Shown here piece by piece: positions 41,159 to 52,074 of a stretch of DNA of 64,000 nt (positions are counted from its first letter, which is position 1; every line of letters starts with the position of its first letter). The stretch is from Candidatus Bathyarchaeota archaeon (lineage in GTDB: Archaea > Thermoproteota > Bathyarchaeia > Bathyarchaeales > Bathycorpusculaceae). A model generated the notes under the pieces. It made no database searches. It was not told the origin of the DNA and worked only from the letters and a program-made list of their open reading frames with translations. The position numbers were made by a program, and so were the translations under genes. The DNA lies in assembly GCA_963707955.1 (NCBI GenBank), contig OY970176.1, positions 576,001-640,000 on the forward strand, written 5' to 3'.

Positions 41159-42636
41159 CTACGACTTTATGTTGATGCCGGCCTGTTTAGCCTTGTACTT
41201 TGCTATGAGCATGAAGAGCTTGTAGAATGGTCTGACGGCGTAGCCTTTCCAGCCTTCGGAAAAAGATATGCCGATCAGGTCGTCAATCCAGTGGAAGTCG
41301 TGCTGCACGCACTTCGTCAGCAGCTGTTCATGCATTTTCGTCATCTTCGTTTCTCTGAACCAGTCCTCGTCTTTCAGCCTGCCCATCGGCACAAAAAACA
41401 GTGGCACGATGAGGCTTCTGCAGTCTCTCACGTCGTCGAGCAGTTCCATCGTTTTGATGAGGTCGTCTTCGGTCTCCTCTGGAACGCCGACGATGAGTGT
41501 GCACGCTGGAACAAGCATGTTGTCATGCATCAAACCCATACCTGTGCGGGCGACTTCTGGCCATTCTTGAGGCTTGAAGGGGTGAGCTTTCGCGGGCATG
41601 ACCTTGGTTGCAAGTTCTGCTGACCCTGTTTCAAGCCCTATTTCAACTCCCCACCAACGCTGTTTCTGCCTTATGCTTCCGGCCACCTGTGCGAAAACTT
41701 CGGCTTGGCTGCCACCGCCGCGAGGGAACAGTGGCTCCAAGCTATTCCGTCACACTTTTTGAGGACTGCTTCGTGCAGTTTGAGGAGTTTCTCATCGTCT
41801 GGCAGAGCGGTTTTTGAACCGTAGAGCATGACATCGTCTTCGTGGAGAATGACTCCTCTGTTCCCAGCGTTCAGGTTCACGTCTACTTCTTCGAGTATTT
41901 TCTTGATTGGGAACCACCTCAACGGTCTCAGTGTCACGCTGCAGAACTTGCAGCCTCTGCAGCATCCGCGACCGATCTCCACTAATCCGTTGATTGAAGC
42001 GTTGACGATGTTCGGTATCTCTTCGAGGCGCGGCGTCTCTCCCACGCTGACCTCATAATTCGCTGGAAGGGTTTCACCGTTCATGGCGGCCTTGAAGATC
42101 TTTCCAACAACATTTTCAGCTTCTCCCTCGATTATGCAGTCTATACCGTATTTCTCAACGAACTTCGGCCTGTAGTTAAGCTGCCAGACACCCGGACCGC
42201 CCACGATGATTCTCAAGCCGCGCTTCTTGGCTTCCCTGACTTCAGGAAGTTCAAAAAGATGGCGGAAATACTGTGCCAGGAACGGCTCTTTCTTCAGAAC
42301 GGACGCAAGAGTGCTCGACGCGGGTCCCAGACCGAAAGGGTCCATAACGTGTATCCCAAGGACCCTCGCCTTGTGAATCCACGGGCCGAGATGGTCCGGC
42401 GTAACAGTTATCACTTTGAAGCCTTCCTTCAAGAGCTGGGCCTCGATTTTTCTCAACCCATACGGCGCGGAAACAGGCCTGCCGCCTTCCGTCTTGATTG
42501 GCGGAAAGAACAGTCGCCGATAAATGAAGTCTGGAACAAAGTTTGGTGGAGCACAGGTTCCGAAACCTAGAAACTCGTTCTCACGGTAATCGCTCATCAA
42601 CGTGCTGTCAGCAGTTAATACCACTGTGTCCTCCAA
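41159..42636 (-). CDS. B12-binding-type radical SAM protein (one-base frameshift near 41695)
   Basis: APYGLRKIEA, GGPG, RGCCRGCKFC, GLETGS; a T-run is one base short. Confidence 0.88.
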
Positions 42637-42756
42637 ACTTGCCCTCTCCAAAGTTCTCGTCACGCTTTTACTAAGATGTCTTCTTAGACCTTTAATTCTT
42701 CCGTTCCTGCCTAGAAAAGTGTATATCTTCCGTGACGCAATTAGGCTGAAAGACCA

Positions 42757-43335
42757 TTGGAGAGAAAGATGTTGCAGAAACTCTTGGAAGTCAGATGGCA
42801 CGGCAGAGGCGGCCAAGGAGCATGGACAGCGAGTGAACTCTTCGCCCGAGCGGCCATCGCTGAAGGAAAGTACATTCAATCTTTCCCAGAGTTTGGCCCT
42901 GAAAGGATGGGCGCACCCGTGACGGCCTTCACAAGAATAAGCACTGAGCCCATAAGGCTGCACTGCGCAGTCTACAACCCGGACGTTGTAGCCGTCTTAG
43001 ACCCGACGTTGCTCAAGACGGTTAAGGTTGCAGAAGGACTGAGCGACGAAGGCGGAAACATCATAGTTAACTCAAAGGAAACTCCATCCGACGTGAGAAA
43101 GGCACTGAACACAGACAGGGGAAAGGTCTGGACTGTTCCAGCATCGGAGATTTCGATGAAGATCCTGGGCTTGCCCATAACCAACACGGCGATGCTCGGA
43201 GCCGTGGCCCGCGTAACTGGGATAGTCAATTTGGAAACCGTCGAGAGAATGATCAGAGAACGTTTCAGACCAGACGTTGCTGAGAAAAACTTCGCGGTCG
43301 TAAAGGAGGCTTACCAGGAGGTAAAATCTGAATGA
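42757..43335 (+). CDS. porG: pyruvate/2-oxoacid:ferredoxin oxidoreductase gamma subunit
   Basis: HGRGGQG, FGPERMGAP, NTAMLGA. Confidence 0.93.
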   Translation: MERKMLQKLLEVRWHGRGGQGAWTASELFARAAIAEGKYIQSFPEFGPERMGAPVTAFTRISTEPIRLHCAVYNPDVVAVLDPTLLKTVKVAEGLSDEGGNIIVNSKETPSDVRKALNTDRGKVWTVPASEISMKILGLPITNTAMLGAVARVTGIVNLETVERMIRERFRPDVAEKNFAVVKEAYQEVKSE

Positions 43336-43610
43336 GTTCAAAGGAAAAAACGTGGAAAGAAGTTTCGCCCGCAGGGGTCTGCTGGAAGAGCAGCTTAACA
43401 TACTTAACCGGAGACTGGAAGTCTTTCACTCCGATCAGAGACGTTGAGAAATGCACCAAGTGCTTGTTGTGCACACTTTATTGCCCAGACGGTGCGATAC
43501 ATTGGAAACCCGAAAAAGGCGACATCGATTTTGACCTTGATTTCTGCAAGGGTTGCGGCATATGCGCCAACGAATGCCCAACCAAAGCGATCGTGATGAA
43601 GATGGAATAG
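43332..43610 (+). CDS. porD: 2-oxoacid:ferredoxin oxidoreductase delta subunit
   Basis: TGDW and two CxxCxxCxxxCP motifs. Confidence 0.93.
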   Translation: MSSKEKTWKEVSPAGVCWKSSLTYLTGDWKSFTPIRDVEKCTKCLLCTLYCPDGAIHWKPEKGDIDFDLDFCKGCGICANECPTKAIVMKME

Positions 43611-43616
43611 GAGGAT

Positions 43617-44855
43617 ATGACGGTGAAGAGTGTTGTTAAACAGGAAACACAAGGCCTGAACGGAGACGAAGCCGTTGCGTTAGCGGTGAAACAGGCAGAC
43701 GTCGACGTGGTTGCTGCGTACCCGATAACTCCTCAGACGATAATCGTCGAGAAGTTCAGCGAGTACGTGGCCAACGGCGAAGTTGAAACAGAGTATGTGT
43801 GCACAGAATCAGAACACAGCGCGATGGCCGCGTGTCTTGCAGCCTCAGCCACGGGCGCCAGGGTCTTTACAGCCTCAGCATCCGCAGGCTTGGCGTTGAT
43901 GCACGAAATGCTGTTCGTGACCTCAGGATGCCGTGCGCCGGTCGTTATGGCAATCGCGAACCGAGCGTTGTCAGCGCCGCTGAACATTCATGGTGACCAT
44001 TCCGACACCATGGCCGAACGCGACAGCGGCTGGATACAGATCTACGCTGAAAACGCGCAGGAAGTCTACGACTCGGTGCTTCAAGCCTTCAGGATCGCTG
44101 AACACCTGGACGTTCAACTGCCCGTGATCGTGGGCCTAGACGGGTTCACGTTGAGCCACACGCTTGAAAACGTGCGGACCTTCTCGGACCAAACGGTCAA
44201 AGGATTCGTCAAAACTCGCCAGTTTCCAGTCGTGCTCACCCATGAAGGAAAAGCCGTGCCCTTCAAGCTTGACCCAGAAACCCCCATGACGATGGGACCC
44301 ATAGCAATGCCGAACTATTACTTCGAGTTTAAACGGCAACAGGAAGAAGCCATGAAAAACGCGCTACGAGTGATCCAAGAGGTGCATGAAGAGTACGCCC
44401 AGCTTAGCAACCGATCATACGGCGATGGCCTTGTCGAAGCATACAAGCTTGAAGATGCGGACATAGCTGTTGTTTGCGTGGGCTCAACAGCCGGCACCGC
44501 TAAGACGGTGGTGGACGACCTCAGAGAGAAAAGAGTCAAAGCTGGGCTGCTTAGAATTCGAACTTTCAGACCGTTTCCAGTTGAAGAGATTGCAAAGGCA
44601 CTTGGAACTGTGAAGGCAGTTGCTGTTATGGATAAGAGCATGAGTTTCGGCGGAAGCGGCGGAGCGGTTTTCCATGAAGTCCGCCATGCACTCTACGACG
44701 GCTCAACCCGACCTTACGTTGTCAACTACATCTACGGATTAGGCGGGAGGGACACGAGCCCCGCTCAGATAGGCGCAATTTTCAAGGATCTGCAGAAGAT
44801 GTTGCAGACCAAACGTGTAGGAGACCTAGTGCGCTACGTTGGATTGAGGGAGTGA
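43617..44855 (+). CDS. porA: 2-oxoacid:ferredoxin oxidoreductase alpha subunit
   Basis: AYPITPQT, ESEHSA, NRALSAP, GLGGRD. Confidence 0.95.
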   Translation: MTVKSVVKQETQGLNGDEAVALAVKQADVDVVAAYPITPQTIIVEKFSEYVANGEVETEYVCTESEHSAMAACLAASATGARVFTASASAGLALMHEMLFVTSGCRAPVVMAIANRALSAPLNIHGDHSDTMAERDSGWIQIYAENAQEVYDSVLQAFRIAEHLDVQLPVIVGLDGFTLSHTLENVRTFSDQTVKGFVKTRQFPVVLTHEGKAVPFKLDPETPMTMGPIAMPNYYFEFKRQQEEAMKNALRVIQEVHEEYAQLSNRSYGDGLVEAYKLEDADIAVVCVGSTAGTAKTVVDDLREKRVKAGLLRIRTFRPFPVEEIAKALGTVKAVAVMDKSMSFGGSGGAVFHEVRHALYDGSTRPYVVNYIYGLGGRDTSPAQIGAIFKDLQKMLQTKRVGDLVRYVGLRE

Positions 44856-44870
44856 AAAGGAGGAAAAATA

Positions 44871-45854
44871 ATGGAAATAGCTGAAGGAAAATTCACGGCA
44901 AAAGACATCGCTGAAAAACCCGACTTGTTCCTTTCAGGACACAGAGCGTGCGCAGGATGCGCGCCAGCAACGGTGCTGAGGCTAATCATGAAAGCGACAA
45001 GAGGACCGACCATCGTGACGAACGCTACTGGATGCATGGAAGTCGCCTCAACCATCTACCCGTACTCTTCATGGGCAACGCCGTGGCTGCACACGGCCTT
45101 CGAGACTGCAGCCGCAAACGCGTCAGGAATCGAGGTAGCGTTGAAGATTCTCAGAAAGAAGGGAAGAATCAAGAATGAACAGGTAGACGTCGTCGCCTTA
45201 GCAGGCGATGGTGGAACGTATGACATAGGCATACAGGCACTGTCAGGAGCCGTTGAAAGGGGACACGACTTTCTGTTCGTGCTCTACGACAACGAAGCTT
45301 ACATGAACACTGGCATCCAGAGGAGCGGAGGCACACCTTACGGAGCATCAACGACCACTTCGCAAGCTGGTTCCGCCGTGCCCGGAAAATTGGAGCAGAA
45401 GAAGCCCATAGCCGACATCATGGTGGCACATGACATGCCCTACGTGGCAACAGCTTCACCATACTACTGGAAAGACCTGATTCAGAAGACCAGAAAGGGT
45501 ATCGAAGTGAACGGCCCTGCCTTTCTGCACGTGTTCGCACCGTGCCCGAGAGGGTGGCGAAGCGAGTCTTCAAAGTCGATAGAACTTTCGAGACTGGCAG
45601 TGGAAACGTGCATCTTTCCCCTATGGGAAGCAGTGAATGGCGATTACCAACTCTCAGTTCCGAGCAAACTCTTCGCACTTGCCCCCCAGAAGAAGAAGCC
45701 CGTGAAGGAGTACCTGCAGGTTCAAGGACGCTTCAGACACCTGTTCACACCGAAATACGAGAAGATGCTCGACGAAATTCAACACATCACAGACGAGAAA
45801 TGGAACCGACTGCTAAAGAAATGCGGAATCACACAGCCTGCGCAACCTAAATAA
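44871..45854 (+). CDS. porB: 2-oxoacid:ferredoxin oxidoreductase beta subunit
   Basis: GHRACAGC, ATGC, GDGG...DNEAYMNTG TPP motif. Confidence 0.95.
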   Translation: MEIAEGKFTAKDIAEKPDLFLSGHRACAGCAPATVLRLIMKATRGPTIVTNATGCMEVASTIYPYSSWATPWLHTAFETAAANASGIEVALKILRKKGRIKNEQVDVVALAGDGGTYDIGIQALSGAVERGHDFLFVLYDNEAYMNTGIQRSGGTPYGASTTTSQAGSAVPGKLEQKKPIADIMVAHDMPYVATASPYYWKDLIQKTRKGIEVNGPAFLHVFAPCPRGWRSESSKSIELSRLAVETCIFPLWEAVNGDYQLSVPSKLFALAPQKKKPVKEYLQVQGRFRHLFTPKYEKMLDEIQHITDEKWNRLLKKCGITQPAQPK

Positions 45855-45881
45855 AACCCACAGCCCTATTCGCTTATTCTT

Positions 45882-46682
45882 GTGACAGCTCAGAAGAATA
45901 ACATGAAAATAGTTACGATACGAGACGGTTTCGAAAACAGTTTCTGGAACCAAGTCAACCAGGACCCGCTGCAATACTATTTCTTCATTCTAGACTGGAA
46001 AGAACGCCCGGAACAGACGAAGATCTTCATGGCCATGGAGGGAAAGAAGGCCCAGGGACTAATGCTCGTGTTCGCAGACGCGGTCGTGCAACTGCGTGGA
46101 AACCGGCAAGCCGTGGAAAAACTTCTCGATTCTGTCAGCCTGGAAAAAGTTGAGCTACAAGCTCCGTTGGATTGCGAAGACATCGTCAACAGAAAGTACG
46201 CTCCTCAGATCAGGTACGACCTGATGCTAATGGCGCTGAAGAAGGGAGAAGAGAACATACAGGTCAGAACCCAACCTGTGAGGCTTGGACCCGAAAGCGC
46301 TGAAGAGGTTGCAGAGATAATGAGAAAGGCAGACCCTGAATGGTGGGGCGAAAGAGTGACAGTTGAGAACAGAAGAGAGTCGCTTGAAAGGAATTATTAC
46401 CTTGGAATAAAGCGCGATGGAAAAATCGTTTCGATCGGCAACACTCATTTCACAGATTTCGGCAGCAATATAGGGGTCGTGGCCACGGATGAACGCTACA
46501 GGAACATGGGCTACGCAACTTCAATCGTGTCAGCCTTAGTTCAAGAAATCCTCAAGAGGTCTCCGACAGCGTTGATTCACGTGCTCAGCAACAACGCGCC
46601 CGCCATACGAGCGTACTCGAAAGTCGGCTACAAGCCTTACAGACACTATCTTCTGATTCGGGCAGAAAGAATCAAGAGTTGA
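45882..46682 (+). CDS. GNAT family acetyltransferase
   Basis: VATDERYRNMGYA, NAPAIRAYSKVGY. Confidence 0.88.
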   Translation: MTAQKNNMKIVTIRDGFENSFWNQVNQDPLQYYFFILDWKERPEQTKIFMAMEGKKAQGLMLVFADAVVQLRGNRQAVEKLLDSVSLEKVELQAPLDCEDIVNRKYAPQIRYDLMLMALKKGEENIQVRTQPVRLGPESAEEVAEIMRKADPEWWGERVTVENRRESLERNYYLGIKRDGKIVSIGNTHFTDFGSNIGVVATDERYRNMGYATSIVSALVQEILKRSPTALIHVLSNNAPAIRAYSKVGYKPYRHYLLIRAERIKS

Positions 46683-46714
46683 GGAAGGCAACATTCAGAA
46701 CATTCGCAAGTTTC

Positions 46715-48592
46715 TTACTCTGTCCTGCTTAGATATTTTTCTACTTCGCCTTCAGCGTTGTCTGCCCTTATGAAAATCGGCACGTTTTCCATGCCTGTTG
46801 CTATGTAGCTTGAGAGGAGCCATTCTCCTGGAGCGAATTCCAGCGTTTTCTCGAGGATTCCTTTGTCTATCATGAACGTTTCGCTGATGAGTTGGCGGTC
46901 GTACGGCCGTGGCAGAGTTCCTACGAAGTACGTGTGAAGCTGCTGCAGCGCGTTCGTGTTCAGGTAGGCGATGCGCTGCGTGGCGATGCACACGCCGAGG
47001 CCGTATTTTCTGCCCTGTCTCAGCAGGGTTTCAACGTGTGCTGAACACTTGGCGTCTATGCCGCTCGCGTTGCTGGCGATAAACTCTTGCGCCTCATCGA
47101 ACACGATGAGGACGTGGGGTTTCACCTGGAATCGACGCTTTCTACGTGCGAGCAACGCTTGGGTCAGGTTTATGGCGAGGTCTTTTATGGCGTACGGGTC
47201 GGAGATGGAAATGCAGACGAGCCTCGTCGTCTTGTCTTCCAGCAGTTCGCGAATTCTTTCAACCGTTAATCCGCCCTTGACGTCGTCTTCTCTGGTCTGT
47301 CGCTTTTTTATTAGGTCGCTGAGTGAAGACCTGGTCGTTGCCCACGCATACAACCCGCTCTTGTCGCTGACCTTAAACTCCTCAACTGCTGCAGCCGCAA
47401 CTTCGCTTATATGTTCCACAAATTCTTCGTCCACTTCTTGATTTTCACTCGAACCGTGCTCCTCGACATACTCCAACGCTGCTGCATTTATCCTGTCTAT
47501 CGCGTTCATGTAGTGAGGCCTATCAACAGACAACCTTCTCTGGTCACCGAGTTCGCTCATAAACTGACCATACGTCGGAACCTGCTGCCTGAGCTTCACA
47601 TAATGGGCCAGCCTGCCATTATCGATTATGCACTGGAGACCAGACTTGGTTCGCTCATCGGTCTCGAACTCTCGTGGTTTCACGACCGAGTTGAAGAACT
47701 GCTCAAGCGAGTCAATCCTGTATTCTAGGATTACCTTCGACGAAACGTTCGGGTCGGCCAGCATGTCCAACAGGAGGAACACGTACTCGCAGTTTATGTC
47801 AAAGATCACGACCTTTGCGTCACTGTTGTGCAGGAGGAGCCTTCGCAGGATGTTCGACATCAGGTTGCTCTTTCCACCGCCCGTGAAAGCAAAAACACCG
47901 AAGTGGTAGCGAACAAGTTTCTCAAAATCCACGTATATCGGTATACTGGTCTTGCTTGCCTCAAACATTTTGATGAGGCCCAGTCTGGGGTCCGTTCGCG
48001 CATCTTCAACGGTCTTCGACGTGTCCACACCGAGCTTTTCAGCGATTTTTTGGTTGTAGATGCGGTTTATCATCTCACTGTTCAGCACGTAGGATGGGCA
48101 GCCCACAACCGGGTAGGAGAAGCCCTTCACAAACGTGAATTCACACTTACTGTCCAAGACCAGGTCGTAGTTTATGGGTATGGCGTCTATCTGAATCATC
48201 ATCGTGGTCTTGTCGTTCGTCTGCCAATCGTCTTCAGACTGTTCGATGATCTCAAACTGCATTGGGTAATAGCCGTGGTCGGAGAGGCCGCTCAGGCCGA
48301 AGTGCTCAGGCCAGACTCGGCTGAGCTCCATTAACGTGTACCTTTCCGAGCCTTTTTCAATCTGCTTGAAGTTCCTGACGGCTAGAAGCATGCCCTCTTC
48401 CAAGAGGGCCATGAGGTCTTTCTGGTACTCAACCTTGACTCGGCACTGGTACCGTGCGCTCGTGCCGGCAAGTTTCGTGTCCTCCGTTGTGGCAAAAAAC
48501 CTTGGGATGACGGCGGCAAGCCTACCGTTGAACCTGCTGTCAAAGTCTGTGAAACACGCGTCGTTAAGTCTGCTCTCTTCTTGCGGCTTCAA
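46715..48592 (-). CDS. herA: HerA/FtsK-family ATPase
   Basis: HFGVFAFTGGGKS, VFDEAQ, RQGRKYG, ATQR. Confidence 0.85.
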   Translation of the reverse strand: MKPQEESRLNDACFTDFDSRFNGRLAAVIPRFFATTEDTKLAGTSARYQCRVKVEYQKDLMALLEEGMLLAVRNFKQIEKGSERYTLMELSRVWPEHFGLSGLSDHGYYPMQFEIIEQSEDDWQTNDKTTMMIQIDAIPINYDLVLDSKCEFTFVKGFSYPVVGCPSYVLNSEMINRIYNQKIAEKLGVDTSKTVEDARTDPRLGLIKMFEASKTSIPIYVDFEKLVRYHFGVFAFTGGGKSNLMSNILRRLLLHNSDAKVVIFDINCEYVFLLLDMLADPNVSSKVILEYRIDSLEQFFNSVVKPREFETDERTKSGLQCIIDNGRLAHYVKLRQQVPTYGQFMSELGDQRRLSVDRPHYMNAIDRINAAALEYVEEHGSSENQEVDEEFVEHISEVAAAAVEEFKVSDKSGLYAWATTRSSLSDLIKKRQTREDDVKGGLTVERIRELLEDKTTRLVCISISDPYAIKDLAINLTQALLARRKRRFQVKPHVLIVFDEAQEFIASNASGIDAKCSAHVETLLRQGRKYGLGVCIATQRIAYLNTNALQQLHTYFVGTLPRPYDRQLISETFMIDKGILEKTLEFAPGEWLLSSYIATGMENVPIFIRADNAEGEVEKYLSRTE

Positions 48593-50552
48593 TAGAAGCC
48601 CTCCTTTCTCTGAAGGTGCTCATGTAGAATATGAACTTTCTCAATCTGTGATTGTTGAGTATCCAGACAGCCGTGGTGTCCACGATGAGCCTGAACTGGC
48701 CGTAGTTCCATTTTGCAATCTTGTCGGCAACGAAGAGGGGCTTGTTGTGCCCGAATGCTTCTGGAATGCTGGAAGGAGCCATCGCCGTCAGCATGGTCAT
48801 GATCATGTCTTGAAGCCTGTTGGGGACATCCTTGTCCTTGAAGAGAACGACCTCAACCGGCTCTATGGCGCCTCCGTACTCGTTCCAAAACTCCACGACG
48901 TTTTCGGGTTTGCAGTCGTACTCTGGGTAGACTAGCCTGTCTATCAGCAAGACGTTGCTGCGAAGTATCGGGTCAGTCTTCGCTTGGCTCAGTTGAACGT
49001 ACGTTTTCAGAAAGACCTTCTCTAGGCCTATTCTGTTCTTTATGGCTCCTGGGACGAAGCCCTTTCGGTTCTGGCGGTCTGGAACCATCGTTCGGAAGGC
49101 TGAGTCGTACTCTATGAGGCTCCAAGGCGGCTTGATCTTTTCCGGGTTCAGTATGCTCGTTGATTGGAGTATCATGCGGTCGGTGTTAGGGAGTTTTTCA
49201 AAATCCGCTCTTGAAACGTTGGTTTTGAGAAGACCTTCGTTGTGCATTATCGGGATCAGCTGTCGTTTGAAGTCTCTTGCCGCCGTGTCCTTCGTTATGC
49301 CGATGAGCAGGACGTGTCTTTTCCAGCACTCTTCCATGATCATGTGAAGCGTGAAAAGCGTGAGGAAAGCGATGTCGACGGTCGTGAGCCACTGTTCTTC
49401 ACCGTCCTTCAAAACCTTCATGAGGCTTGACGTCTTGGTCATTGCCGTTTCGGTGAAGAAGAATCGGTCGCCCAGGCTGACGACCAGCTTCTTGATGCGT
49501 TCAAGAACGGTGCTGTACTTTGGGTTCAAACTGTAACTCTCGTCCTTCTCGGCTAAGACATGCTCGTTTACTGAGCGCTTCAAATGTCTGGCGACCCGCT
49601 TGGCTCTTTTTTCGTCGCTTGTGCCCAGTTCGGCCAGGATCTGCTTCTCAGCTAAGGGGCCCTTCTGTCTGATCAACTCGATTATCGCATGGCTTAGGTA
49701 GTCGCCTCTCGGAGGAGGTAAGCCTAAAGCTTCGTTGCAGACGCATTGTCTTGCGATTGTCAAGTCGTTGATGTCAAGCGGCTCATCATCGCCGACTCTG
49801 TAGCCAATGAGGCTGCACCTTGTCTTCCACAACTCTCGTTTCGCCGTGTCGTAGACAAGGCTTGCCCGCTCGATTGACAGGCTTCTATCCATGAAAATTA
49901 TGCGTATCTGTTGGGTGGGGTCTGTTACAAGCTTGTAAGCCAAGTAGTATTCTGCGAAGGTCATTATCCAGTTTGCGATCGTTGCGTTGTTTATGATCGA
50001 CTGGTCGGTGAGCGGTTTGTTCGGGTTGACCTCGCCGGCCTCTTCGGCCTCAAAGAAGGCTTGATCAACCTCTGGGATTTCGTTGACGTAGACTGGCACG
50101 ACGCTTGATATTCCCGCAGCCTGTTGAATCGTTTTCGTGTCATACTTTACCAGCGGAGCCTCTTTCTCAAGAAAAGTTATGGTGCCCGTCGACGCGTACG
50201 CTCCTCCGAAGAAGATCATTAAGTCAAACAGCGGTCTCGAGTACATCGTACCGTCTATGCCCGCAAAGCGGACGCTAGAAGTGCCAAAGAAATCTTTTGC
50301 CGTTTCATACGCAGTCTCGCGGTCAAACCGCATCCTCACAAAGTTTGAAAGCAGGCCATCATAAAGATCTCTGAGCGATGAAAAACGATGCTCATAATCC
50401 GAAACCTGCGATGAAGCCCCAAGCCTCAGCACCTCACTCGTCCGTTTTATAGCACCGCTTAAAGACGACATCTCTGCATTCTCCCGCATAACATAAAGGA
50501 CTACCCTAGTCGTAAAAGCGTTGTCAATTATTGCACCTTCACATGTCGCCAC
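48564..50552 (-). CDS. nurA: NurA-family nuclease with internal wHTH-like insertion (start probably about 50471-50489)
   Basis: FAGIDGT, IFMDRSL, IGITKD, GHNKPLFVAD; overlaps herA. Confidence 0.8.
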   Translation of the reverse strand: MATCEGAIIDNAFTTRVVLYVMRENAEMSSLSGAIKRTSEVLRLGASSQVSDYEHRFSSLRDLYDGLLSNFVRMRFDRETAYETAKDFFGTSSVRFAGIDGTMYSRPLFDLMIFFGGAYASTGTITFLEKEAPLVKYDTKTIQQAAGISSVVPVYVNEIPEVDQAFFEAEEAGEVNPNKPLTDQSIINNATIANWIMTFAEYYLAYKLVTDPTQQIRIIFMDRSLSIERASLVYDTAKRELWKTRCSLIGYRVGDDEPLDINDLTIARQCVCNEALGLPPPRGDYLSHAIIELIRQKGPLAEKQILAELGTSDEKRAKRVARHLKRSVNEHVLAEKDESYSLNPKYSTVLERIKKLVVSLGDRFFFTETAMTKTSSLMKVLKDGEEQWLTTVDIAFLTLFTLHMIMEECWKRHVLLIGITKDTAARDFKRQLIPIMHNEGLLKTNVSRADFEKLPNTDRMILQSTSILNPEKIKPPWSLIEYDSAFRTMVPDRQNRKGFVPGAIKNRIGLEKVFLKTYVQLSQAKTDPILRSNVLLIDRLVYPEYDCKPENVVEFWNEYGGAIEPVEVVLFKDKDVPNRLQDMIMTMLTAMAPSSIPEAFGHNKPLFVADKIAKWNYGQFRLIVDTTAVWILNNHRLRKFIFYMSTFRERRASIEAARREQT

Positions 50553-50572
50553 GCAGCATAATTTTACAGTAT

Positions 50573-50777
50573 AGCGCGCATGCCTGTTCCTAAATTCAGT
50601 TCAAGAGCTGGCATGGCGTTTTGCGACGAGGGATTGTTACTGTCACGGTCCGAGCCGCTTGCCTTCTTGCTCTCACACCCTCCCCCCGGGTATTCTATAT
50701 GATCCAAATATGATTGAAGAGCAAAATGAGTAGCGCAAGCTGCTTCCCGAAAGAATTTAGGAACACGCTAGCGCGCT
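50573..50777 (+). mobile_element. MITE-like inverted-repeat element, copy B
   Basis: AGCGCGCATGCCTGTTCCTAAATTC...GAATTTAGGAACACGCTAGCGCGCT. Confidence 0.8.
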
Positions 50778-51114
50778 GGGGCATCCGCCATAATTGTGGG
50801 CAGAATAGTTTTCAGGCTGCTCTCTTTTGTACTTTGATTTGCACTCATTGAGTGATGACCGAGACCAGACGCGATATGTCGTCTTTCAAAAGGTCTATTT
50901 TGAGTTATGTTTTCCTGCGGTGATGGAAAGAGTAAGGTTGCTCATGCTAAGAAGAACGGTCCTAACCCATGTTGAGGAAATCGAAATCAACGTTTGGAGA
51001 TGCTGTTACCTAGGCGAAATGAGAAAACAAGTACTCAGACATCAACTTTGATTTTGCGCATGATGGAATGAAGACCCAAATATAGAACGACGAATGTTTA
51101 CAGAACAACGTACT

Positions 51115-51756
51115 TTAAGGACGCTGCACGTTTTCGAGAGAGCAAGCTGAACCTTCCACAACGTGGAAAGCCCCTTTTCTTCCAACTCTCAGTTGCTTTT
51201 CCCCTCTGAACGTGGATATGCTCCCGTTTTCAATTTGAACAGTGTCTCCTATGGAGATAGAGCTTATCTGCTCGTTCCACAGGCACAGTTTTATTCTTCC
51301 AGTTTCGTCTGATATCAAAGCGTTAGCCACGCTTGCATAGTTGCCGAACCTTGTAAATACAAGGCTAGGCTTTGCAATTTCTAGGATCTTGGCCTTCAGG
51401 TTCACCTTCTTCATGCCGGCCTTCAAATCTCTGATTTGAAACGATTGGGGTCCATTGTTCTTGTTGATTAGACGCCTTCTGAACATGCTGGTATCGCTGA
51501 GGTCTTTGATTGACCTGTTTTGTTCGACGAGAAACTCTTTAGAAACAGGGAATTGAGCGACGACCTTTGCACCGTTCGTTATCAGCAGAACCACCTTGTT
51601 CCTATGTGTTCCACGACTTTCGATTGAGAGGGTGCCACACGTGGACTCGCCGCTTTCTGCCGCTGACGTCAACGCTTCAAAGAATTTGCTGGGGCCGACA
51701 TCATACTTTGCTGAAAGAAATGCCAAGTATTCGCCCGCTGACACTTTGTTCCGCAT
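51115..51756 (-). CDS. OB-fold single-stranded DNA-binding protein with N-terminal extension
   Basis: IRDLKAGMKKVNL, DETGRIKLCLWN, FRGEKQL; start reassigned to MRNKV. Confidence 0.82.
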   Translation of the reverse strand: MRNKVSAGEYLAFLSAKYDVGPSKFFEALTSAAESGESTCGTLSIESRGTHRNKVVLLITNGAKVVAQFPVSKEFLVEQNRSIKDLSDTSMFRRRLINKNNGPQSFQIRDLKAGMKKVNLKAKILEIAKPSLVFTRFGNYASVANALISDETGRIKLCLWNEQISSISIGDTVQIENGSISTFRGEKQLRVGRKGAFHVVEGSACSLENVQRP

Positions 51757-52074
51757 TAGTACTTCTCCACAGTAAGCGCCGTCTCTCTTCCTGAGACAAT
51801 GGCGCTTCTCACCTTCTCCAGATGGCATCCCCTGCCAACGATAGAAGGACACTGCAAGATAACTGCACGCTCCCTTATAAGGACAATCCAAAACTGATGC
51901 AGAAAGGCGAAACGCGCGCAAGACACTGTGGCCGCACCTGTTCTTTCAGAATTGCCTCGAGTTTTCTGGGGCTACTGTGTTGGAAACCATGTGAGAATCG
52001 GCAATTTATGGTCAGCATGACTGAAGTTGACCCATTCGTTCCCCAATCAGAAGCAACAATTGGAAAAGGCATAA

